DNA of 60,244 nucleotides, taken from the IMG/VR virus record IMGVR_UViG_3300026522_000958; one strand, 5' to 3'. The position numbers and the translations under genes are program-made. Of the stretch, positions 50,702 through 57,909 are shown in pieces (position 1 is the first letter of the stretch; every line of letters starts with the position of its first letter). The notes beneath the pieces were generated by a model, which was not told the origin of the DNA, made no database searches, and saw only the letters and a list, made by a program, of their open reading frames with translations. This DNA comes from an uncultured virus (IMG/VR IMGVR_UViG_3300026522_000958). Lineage: Duplodnaviria; Heunggongvirae; Uroviricota; Caudoviricetes.

Positions 50702-50913
50702 TCTGTTATTCCTTACCGGAAAATCCGGCCCTTTCTCTTTTTATATATGAAATCTGTTGTCCTTGTATCTATCTTATCACTTGTGTACTAGATTTGGTAG
50801 ATATTAGGGCCGCATTTTTTCATATATGGAAAACTACGATTTTTCATATATGAAACTGTGGATGCGGGCACAAAAAAGACCGCGTTTGCCGCGGCCTTTG
50901 TCTTAGTGAAGCT

Positions 50914-51846
50914 TCAGATCTCGTCAAGGATTCCCGACTCGACAGCTTCGTCGATATCATCGTACGACAGCTGTGAAATAAGCTCGAAATCATCGTCATC
51001 AGAATCTCTTCCGGTGCCGTTGTACTTCTTTGTGAGCCTGTGCGTCGCAAGCTTTCTCTCAGCTGCATTTAAGCGTCTCATCACGTCATCCTGCGTTGGA
51101 CGCTTTTTCAACCCGTAATCCTTGTAATGATCATCTTTAAGGAGCATCTGGCATACTTTTTTTGACGACTTGCCGTTTACTCTCATCTCATAGATGATCA
51201 TCTGCTCGAGCTCTGAAAGGGATCTGAATATCATCATTCCAGTCTCTTTCTTTTCCTCTACGCAGACGATGTCTTCCGGTCCGTCGTGGTAAATGTCTTT
51301 AACCTCGTCATTTACATCGGCAAGCGACCAGTGCTGACCTGCAACGTAATTCTCACGTGCGGCCTGTACGGTAGATACGCTTTCGCCGGATATCATGGCG
51401 AGCTGTGCATCAGTGAGCTCGATATCATCGATCCCATCAAAGCCTGCCTTTATTGCTGCCTTATTGAGACGGCTTATGGCACCGATATAGTAGGTGCTGA
51501 TGTCGCCTCTGCACATATCCCTGTGCGCTTCATTGATGTAGCGCAGGAAAAATGTTGATGGCATCGTGCCTCTTGTCGGGTCGTAGTCCGACAGATGCTC
51601 GAGCACCTGTGCCTGAGCTTCAACGATCAGATCGTCGTATTCCGCATTCATCGTGCGGTTATACTTTTTAATCAGATCCTTTACTAGATGCTGCAGTGCT
51701 CTCCAGATAACATAAAAATAGTCATCTCTGGACACTGAGCCGTTTTTGAATCCTGTATATGCTTCAAGTATACGCTCGGGTTCTGATTTCTTCTCATTTT
51801 TATAGGCCTGAGTCAGCCTTTTGGGGATCTTTGTGTCTGCTCCCAT
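50914..51846 (-). CDS. divergent sigma-70-family RNA polymerase sigma factor
   Basis: Region 2-like YDDLIVEAQAQVLEHLSDYDPTRGTMPSTFFLRYI, region 3 HTH and WSLAD, region 4-like LSELEQMII. Confidence 0.78.
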   Translation of the reverse strand: MGADTKIPKRLTQAYKNEKKSEPERILEAYTGFKNGSVSRDDYFYVIWRALQHLVKDLIKKYNRTMNAEYDDLIVEAQAQVLEHLSDYDPTRGTMPSTFFLRYINEAHRDMCRGDISTYYIGAISRLNKAAIKAGFDGIDDIELTDAQLAMISGESVSTVQAARENYVAGQHWSLADVNDEVKDIYHDGPEDIVCVEEKKETGMMIFRSLSELEQMIIYEMRVNGKSSKKVCQMLLKDDHYKDYGLKKRPTQDDVMRRLNAAERKLATHRLTKKYNGTGRDSDDDDFELISQLSYDDIDEAVESGILDEI

Positions 51847-52015
51847 GAATATTTCCTCCTTTTCTCATATATAGTTCCAGGGCTTCTGCCAGAGGTACGT
51901 CAGCCTTTACGGCCTCAATAGCCTCGACCCGCCTGACTGCTTCGTCAAAACCGCACTGCTTTATGTTGTGCCGGTTATAGCAGTCCCACGAGGAGGAAAA
52001 TTCTTTCTGCTTCAT
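51800..52015 (-). CDS. small hypothetical protein upstream of and overlapping the sigma gene
   Basis: AGGAGG RBS before MKQKEF. Confidence 0.55.
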   Translation of the reverse strand: MKQKEFSSSWDCYNRHNIKQCGFDEAVRRVEAIEAVKADVPLAEALELYMRKGGNIHGSRHKDPQKADSGL

Positions 52016-52224
52016 TTTCTGCCTCCTTTTGTCCTGATGAATCATGTTGCACCAAAGACTTGGGAGATATTCATGTTCTGGGAATGGACCGATCTGACGG
52101 TCTGATGACTTTTTTCGTGTACCAATATATCTTCTGCCACGATCCCCTGGCCGGGATCCGGCGGACGGCTGTGCCGTCTTATTGCTGATCTATACATAAG
52201 CACTTTTTAGAACTTACATTCTTT

Positions 52225-52252
52225 ATTATATCATCTTTACAGGAAACTTCAA
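52225..52252 (-). promoter_or_regulatory. host sigma-A-type promoter facing the sigma factor operon
   Basis: TTGAAG-N16-TATAAT with extended TG. Confidence 0.65.
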
Positions 52253-52280
52253 GTATTTTGTTAAGATTTTGTTACACATT

Positions 52281-52578
52281 GTGAACTACTCGGCTACAAG
52301 TAGCCGGACTTCCTGCTTCAAGACTGGTGATAACTAGCACACCTTTAGGCGTACCCCGTCAGAGCCAGCTCCACAGGCTTTAGTTTGGGCGGTCCCCGCC
52401 CTACATTGGTATCAACCTATTCCCCGCACCGGAAAATGCGGTAGGCTTCGTTTATAATGGTATTATAATATGTCTGAGTCAATAAGAAAACGTATATTCT
52501 GTTCTTATTTGCTTCAGATAAGCACTATTTGCGGGCTTTCATCTCGGGAACTTGTTCCCGAGAATTCCCACCCGATTT
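52281..52578 (-). mobile_element. 298-bp non-autonomous IS605-type element retaining a TnpB-type omega RNA
   Basis: Left end after TTAAG with hairpin CTCGGGAACAAGTTCCCGAG; GTAGGGCGGGGACCGCCC..AAGCCTGTGGAG..GAAGCAGGAAG..CCGGCTACTTGTAGCCGAGTAGTTCAC right end; no tnpB ORF. Confidence 0.8.
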
Positions 52579-53535
52579 CTTAATCGTCATATCGTCCTGT
52601 AAGTATCCGTCCTGTACAAGCATCTCCTGCATTACACTCACATCAGACGAGGTATCAATCTCATCGTCATAAAACAGATCATCGTATATCTGTGCGAGGG
52701 CCTTGTTTATCATGTCAAGCGACCTTTGTATATCCTTCTTCTGTTTTTCAATGCTTTCATTTTCTTCGCAGCCAGCAAATTCAGTGTACTTTGTGAGGAG
52801 ATTTTCAAGTGTCGGCAGGTAATACCGTTTCATACGGCTCATCTGCCCTGCTTTTTCGTGATGGCGTTCAGTCTCTTCTGTTATCTGCGTAAGCCTGTCA
52901 ATTAAGATATCAAGGGCATTGGTCATATCCTTATCGAAGATTTCTTCTCTTAGTCTTTCGAACCTGCTGATGTAACCGTGCAGCTCTTTGTCCTTTATAA
53001 CCGTACCGGGAAGCCCTTTTGACCCTGCCTTTCCGGTATCGATGCGGTCCGGTTCTTTTTCCATCTGGTCTTTATCTTTCCTTTCATCAAGAAGAAAGCT
53101 TAAGACTGTCAATGTTATTCCGCTGCCCAAAAGCAGGTGACCTATTACTGAGATTACTCCACTGACGAAAGAGCATATGATTCCGCTATATATCATCATA
53201 GTAAAGAATATCATACTGTTTTCGTCACGTATCAGGTCAGGCAGCGGCATCGGAGGTTTTTCAAATGATTCTTCCTTTTCTTCGAAAGACAGCCCGCATC
53301 TGTATTCTTCCGGCAGGGTATAATCATCTGCTGACCTGTCGTTTATGCATACATCACTGTTCCTGCTGATCATGCTTTCGATCATCTGCGCAAGATCGTT
53401 TTCGTACACGGAAGGAACGGAGATATTAGAGCCATCATAATGCTTTATGAACTTTATGAGTTCGTCTGATACTTCCTGTGCCGTTCTAGGGTTTTCTTTT
53501 TCAGGATAATATATGCTTACTGCTGCGGCTTCCAC
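52525..53535 (-). CDS. XpaC-like (5-bromo-4-chloroindolyl phosphate hydrolysis family) membrane protein; C-terminus supplied by mini-IS
   Basis: Two TMs, YYLPTLENLLTKY, SDVSVMQEML..DG. Confidence 0.75.
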   Translation of the reverse strand: MEAAAVSIYYPEKENPRTAQEVSDELIKFIKHYDGSNISVPSVYENDLAQMIESMISRNSDVCINDRSADDYTLPEEYRCGLSFEEKEESFEKPPMPLPDLIRDENSMIFFTMMIYSGIICSFVSGVISVIGHLLLGSGITLTVLSFLLDERKDKDQMEKEPDRIDTGKAGSKGLPGTVIKDKELHGYISRFERLREEIFDKDMTNALDILIDRLTQITEETERHHEKAGQMSRMKRYYLPTLENLLTKYTEFAGCEENESIEKQKKDIQRSLDMINKALAQIYDDLFYDDEIDTSSDVSVMQEMLVQDGYLQDDMTIKKSGGNSREQVPEMKARK

Positions 53536-53993
53536 GAGAGCCAGGCCTCCTTCCTATCATTATAGATAATATCCATTATGTCTGTTTCGCTGCTGATACC
53601 GGAAATGACCTTTATGGATTCGTCCGATGTCAGCCTTTCTACGACATCGTCTATGATCTTCTTTATGAAGATCTTTTTTTTTATGTGAAAGTCTTTTTCA
53701 AGCGCCCTTGCAGTACTCAGAATATTGCGCGATCTTACAGGCCGCATGGCAGAAGATGAGTTTTCCTGATCTTTATATAGATTAAACGGTACATATACCC
53801 CAAGTATTACCTTATGCCACGAGAATCCGATGGAACACATGCCATGCCCTTTTCCGTATCTGACTGCATCTTTAAAATGTCCAAGTATGTCGTCTTCAAA
53901 CATGATCGTGATTTTTTCCAGAAAATCCGTATGTTCAAGTATCACGGCCTTTGCAACGTCGATCTTATCCGGGGTTTCCTTACTGTTCTTCAT
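53517..53993 (-). CDS. hypothetical protein
   Basis: 158-aa ORF overlapping both neighbours in an operon. Confidence 0.7.
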   Translation of the reverse strand: MKNSKETPDKIDVAKAVILEHTDFLEKITIMFEDDILGHFKDAVRYGKGHGMCSIGFSWHKVILGVYVPFNLYKDQENSSSAMRPVRSRNILSTARALEKDFHIKKKIFIKKIIDDVVERLTSDESIKVISGISSETDIMDIIYNDRKEAWLSWKPQQ

Positions 53994-55827
53994 ATATATC
54001 CTTCTCTTGTCTGTTGATCTCTGTTATCCTGATGCCTGATGCTTTTACCGCTTCATCCGTGTCAGGATGTGATACCGATGCTATGAACACATTGTCGTAG
54101 TCTTCCCCACATACCGTAAGTATCGAAAGGAATTCCCTGAATGTCTCCGCATCCATCACGGACATTTCGTCAAGAAGTATGATCTTTGCTCCGCAGAGAT
54201 CGTTTAAAAGGCTTATCATCATGTAAAGGAAAAACGCCTTCTCGCCTCCCGAAAGGGATGCGTAATCAAGAAGGTCACCGGCTCTGTTGGTCATCTTTAC
54301 GACTACGCCGTTGTCATATCCGAACATGAACTTAAACGGCACATCTCTCGACTCGCACTTATCATTACAGAAGTCCTCGAATGTTCCCAGATAACCCGAC
54401 AGGACGCCCTTTCTTACTACTCCGCCGTCCTGCACGGCCTTTACGAGTGCTTCGTAAGAGACCAGCAGTTCCTTATCTTTTTCGAGCTTTGCCCGGGTGT
54501 CGAATGACTTCTTTTTCTCTTCAAGGATAGACATCTGCTTCCTTATGTCGGCGACGGCATCCTTATGGTCGGGTTTCTTTACTTCTGCCGGCTTTTCAGG
54601 GAGTTTCAGTTCTGATGTCTCAAGCCCCTTTATCTCACGCTCTATCCTTACCTTCCCGTTATACTTTTTCTCTTCTGCTGCATACTTCTCGGCTTCGGCA
54701 TAGAGTTCTTTTCTTCTCTTGTCTGCCTTGAATATCTCGTCTTCAAGCTTCTTCATGCTCTCTGACATATCTTGTACCGACTTTTCGATCTCTTTCTTTG
54801 CCGGACCCTTGTTTTCATGACAGGTAATGAGAGGACTTATCGGGCATACCGGCTTGTCAAGGGCTTCGAGCGTCTTTTCAAGCTGCTCCTTTCCTTCTTT
54901 CATCGATCTGTATGCAGCCCTGTTATTTGCTATGGTCTCTCCTGCCTGATCATATTCTTTCCGGATGCGGGCCTTTACTTCAATATCAGGGGCCGTTACA
55001 TCTGCATACTTTTCCAGTTCTGCTTTCAGTTCTTTAATCCTGTCCTGCTGCTTTCCGACTGCAGCGGCCATCCTGTTATACGAATCGACCTTTTGCAGGT
55101 AGAGACTGTACGCAGTATCCTCTTTGTTGAACTCGTCGAGACGGGAGTTATATTCTTCTTTCTGTCTGCTGTAGCTTTCAGGATCCACGGCCGGCGGCAG
55201 AGTCTTCAACAGTGCTTCGCTCTCCTTTATGCGCGCTTTGAGGTCTTTCCTCTCGCCCTTTAAGAGTACTTCCAGTTCATCGAGCGAGTCGATATCGATA
55301 TCATCTTCAGGCAGGTCGTCATCAAGGACAGCCGACATCCCATCTGTGATGCCCGGGATAAAATTCTTTATGTCGTCACGTGTCATTTTCTTCGGGATGT
55401 ATGAGAGGATAAACTTTCCAAATTCCTTCGGTTTCATGGCTGCCACAAGATCCTGTGATGATACAGTCTTTACCTTATCGAGCGGAAGGCCCGTAAAGCG
55501 TTCGAGCATTTCGTTTAAAGCTTTGCCCGTGATCTTATTGTCTTCATAATAGCACGAGTCTGTTTTATCCCTCTCGGAGTGTCTTCTGAAGTCTGCTGTC
55601 TCTCCCGACGCATTCTCTATGACCATCCTGACGTCTGCCGACTGCGACCCTCTGTTTATCATCTCTCCAGCCGGCTTAATGCCTGTAAGAGCGTATCTTA
55701 TGGCAGACAGGACTGAAGTCTTTCCCGTGCCGTTAGATGACGACAGGAGCGTTATCTTTTCAGGCTTTACTGTCAGCTCGTCCTTTATACCCATGAACCC
55801 TGATATGGTTATCTTTTTTATCTTCAT
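53980..55827 (-). CDS. SMC/Rad50(SbcC)-like ABC ATPase
   Basis: NGTGKTS, coiled coils with central CPISPLITC, LSGGE, ILLDE, terminal SH. Confidence 0.9.
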   Translation of the reverse strand: MKIKKITISGFMGIKDELTVKPEKITLLSSSNGTGKTSVLSAIRYALTGIKPAGEMINRGSQSADVRMVIENASGETADFRRHSERDKTDSCYYEDNKITGKALNEMLERFTGLPLDKVKTVSSQDLVAAMKPKEFGKFILSYIPKKMTRDDIKNFIPGITDGMSAVLDDDLPEDDIDIDSLDELEVLLKGERKDLKARIKESEALLKTLPPAVDPESYSRQKEEYNSRLDEFNKEDTAYSLYLQKVDSYNRMAAAVGKQQDRIKELKAELEKYADVTAPDIEVKARIRKEYDQAGETIANNRAAYRSMKEGKEQLEKTLEALDKPVCPISPLITCHENKGPAKKEIEKSVQDMSESMKKLEDEIFKADKRRKELYAEAEKYAAEEKKYNGKVRIEREIKGLETSELKLPEKPAEVKKPDHKDAVADIRKQMSILEEKKKSFDTRAKLEKDKELLVSYEALVKAVQDGGVVRKGVLSGYLGTFEDFCNDKCESRDVPFKFMFGYDNGVVVKMTNRAGDLLDYASLSGGEKAFFLYMMISLLNDLCGAKIILLDEMSVMDAETFREFLSILTVCGEDYDNVFIASVSHPDTDEAVKASGIRITEINRQEKDIYEEQ

Positions 55828-56076
55828 CTGCTGCTCCTTTTCTGTCTGCCCTATTCTTCACCCTGCTGTTTGTGGTGCTGGTTATCCCTGTAATCTTCTC
55901 TGTACCGGTACGCTCCGACTTTATTTCACTATCTGTGGCTAGATATGGCAGATAGGGATCCTGCAATTTTTCATATATGGAAAATGAGGGCTGCGTCATT
56001 ACCCTTCTTCTGCCAATTCTCATATATAACGATTTATCATAAATTTTATCCGATTTTATCGGGAAAGGAGATCTTT

Positions 56077-56724
56077 ATGTCAGATATTATCAAAGGCGGA
56101 CAGATAGTCATATTCGACAGATACAGCACTTACGCAGGGAAGCTATATCAGGCAGTAATCGTAAAACCTAATGTGTATTATCACGGCGGAAAATACTGCC
56201 TCATGCAGGGGCAGTCACTCTTCTGGGCACCTTATCCTGAAAAAAAATTCTGGGATAAGGATAGGGTATGCTGTCCGTTCGCAGGTGGCAACATGCTTTA
56301 CAGGCTGGATGGGATATTTGATTCCAGCCCAAAGGCGATGAAATTCCTAGATATGTTCGGTTACCTGATGCCGGATGAGGATTACAGGCTGTTCCTTCCG
56401 AACGGTGCGATGCTCCAGGACTATCCCGAGATAAAGCAGGCCATGCAGGATGAGATAACCGAAAATGTAGGATATCTTTATCTCACATCATACGGGGATT
56501 ATGTATCCTACTGCAGCACGAGCGGCACCGAGGAGTTTATAAGCTATAAAGAGAGTATGTTTACCGCACTAGGATTTGCTCCCGTCTTTCTCATCGACGA
56601 GCAGGCCGTAAAGAAGGCCGAAAAGGATATACATGGACGCCCCGTGATCAGCCCCGTGATCAGCCCCGTGATCAGGGAATGGCGTGCACGCTCTTTGGAC
56701 TCACTGTTCTCATGTCTCGCCTGA
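56077..56724 (+). CDS. hypothetical protein
   Basis: Start MSDIIK after GAAAGGAG; inverted promoter box at 56009. Confidence 0.75.
   Translation: MSDIIKGGQIVIFDRYSTYAGKLYQAVIVKPNVYYHGGKYCLMQGQSLFWAPYPEKKFWDKDRVCCPFAGGNMLYRLDGIFDSSPKAMKFLDMFGYLMPDEDYRLFLPNGAMLQDYPEIKQAMQDEITENVGYLYLTSYGDYVSYCSTSGTEEFISYKESMFTALGFAPVFLIDEQAVKKAEKDIHGRPVISPVISPVIREWRARSLDSLFSCLA
56641..56675. repeat. 12-bp tandem repeat x3 (PVIS)
   Basis: CCCGTGATCAGC repeated. Confidence 0.9.
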
Positions 56725-56735
56725 ATCTGTACAGC

Positions 56736-56766
56736 AAAAAAAGACCGGAATATATCCGGTCTTTTT
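56736..56766. terminator. bidirectional intrinsic terminator
   Basis: AAAAAAAGACCGGAATATATCCGGTCTTTTT between convergent genes. Confidence 0.8.
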
Positions 56767-56767
56767 A

Positions 56768-57832
56768 TTATGCTATTTTTGCGAGAAGCACGTCTGCTGC
56801 CGTGCCGTCGTTTCTTACGCAGATGTCTGCAAGAGCGGCATTTTTTCTTTCAGTCTCAAGAGATAAAAGCCTTAACGTCTTTTCAGTATCCGATAATCCT
56901 TTATCCGAAATGATCGCTGCGATGAGCTTTTCTCTGTTCTTATCGACATATATGATGACTGTAGGGAAATGATGCTTCATCCCTATAGCTCCGCACATAT
57001 CAAGAGCAAGTACCGCATTGTTTCCGGCATCGAGGATCGCCCTTACATCCTTTTCAGATGTCCCGTAGGCATATCCGCCGTAACGGGTCTTTTCGAGGAA
57101 ATCCTCCTTCAGGAACTCTTCTTCCGTGATAGTCGTCTTTCCCGCTACGCCGGGTTTTGTAGTGTAGCTTTCCGGTCTCACGAATGAGTGGTCCCTGGAG
57201 ATGAGGTCATCGATCACTTCATTCTTGCCTGATCCCGAAGGACCTACAAATGCAAGAACTGTCGGCACCTTTATCTCCTTTTCTCTCTGTCCGTTCGATA
57301 TGCGGATGATATGTCTTGTAAGACATAAGAATTCTGACATATCGTTTACAGAGAGGATCCCTGTCATGTCTTTATTCCACGGGCGCCTCATCAGCACAGG
57401 ATATGTGGCCGGACTTGACAGAACATTGTTGATGTTGTCGTCAAGCAGCACATCGAAATGCACGAGATCCTTTGCGGCGCCTAAGATGATATGGCTTTCA
57501 GGCAGCTCCGGGAATGCTTCCATGATCTGCTTTGCCCTTACGCCCATCATGTCAGGGTACACGGCGGTGATCACATATACATCGGCGATCTCCATGAGGC
57601 GTGCCATGACCTTCTTCACAAGGTCTGTCACCCCTGTCCGGCTCTGCTCCCTGTACAGGATCTCTTCGTGATAAAGTTCCTTGATCACGGACGCTCTCCC
57701 TGTATTCTCCCAGGAAGCGATATCCTCCGTGGTGAGCGGCGGTTCGATCCCGTATCTCTCCGTAGCTATCCTGCAGGCAATACTGTTGAAGTGGGCGAGT
57801 GTATCGTCCCAGTCTATTCCGATCTTTAACAT
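56768..57832 (-). CDS. fusion of 5'(3')-deoxyribonucleotidase (HAD) and guanylate-kinase-like domain
   Basis: IDWDDTL, LLDDN, RPWN; then GPSGSGKN, SYTTKP, YGGYAYGT. Confidence 0.85.
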   Translation of the reverse strand: MLKIGIDWDDTLAHFNSIACRIATERYGIEPPLTTEDIASWENTGRASVIKELYHEEILYREQSRTGVTDLVKKVMARLMEIADVYVITAVYPDMMGVRAKQIMEAFPELPESHIILGAAKDLVHFDVLLDDNINNVLSSPATYPVLMRRPWNKDMTGILSVNDMSEFLCLTRHIIRISNGQREKEIKVPTVLAFVGPSGSGKNEVIDDLISRDHSFVRPESYTTKPGVAGKTTITEEEFLKEDFLEKTRYGGYAYGTSEKDVRAILDAGNNAVLALDMCGAIGMKHHFPTVIIYVDKNREKLIAAIISDKGLSDTEKTLRLLSLETERKNAALADICVRNDGTAADVLLAKIA

Positions 57833-57909
57833 AATATTCTCCTTTCTCATATATGAAAACGTGATAAATCATTGTTATCAGAGATTTGGGAGAATATGCA
57901 GTTTTTCTG

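Larger units (their letters stand above)
4277..57858. promoter_or_regulatory. dispersed 16-bp palindrome TTTTCATATATG(G/A)AAA, putative protein-binding operator (~30 copies, essentially all between genes or at gene boundaries)
   Basis: Core (C/T)ATATAT(G/A) starts at 4281, 4305, 10432, 10462, 10556, 14416, 14459, 18852, 24247, 24291, 28417, 28441, 28512, 34292, 34317, 38493, 38620, 41704, 43782, 43949, 48232, 49681, 50742, 50821, 50845, 51866, 55972, 56021, 57847, plus variant CGTATATG at 32541. Confidence 0.85.
1324..57893. promoter_or_regulatory. dispersed orientation-dependent promoter-like box, consensus TCT(C/G)CCA(A/T)ATCT on the coding strand, often followed 11-14 nt later by ATT(C/T)ATCACA
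   Basis: Minus-strand copies start at 1324, 3991, 9811, 10470, 13135, 14385, 24189, 28351, 29753, 32054, 34261, 36713, 38535, 40322, 41661, 43407, 43751, 43919, 48201, 49689, 50790, 52056, 55941, 57882; inverted copies at 4332, 28468, 56009 precede the three non-IS plus-strand genes. Confidence 0.8.

Noticed and set aside
50914..52578. RNA-guided sigma system (dCas12f-sigmaE-like) from omega RNA next to a sigma gene
   Set aside because: The RNA lies in a mini-IS with both ends and a clean empty-site reconstruction; no dead TnpB nearby; guide shares only AAATCT with the promoter box
56641..56675. 12-bp repeat as a phase-variation switch
   Set aside because: Unit length is in frame near the C-terminus; likely neutral slippage
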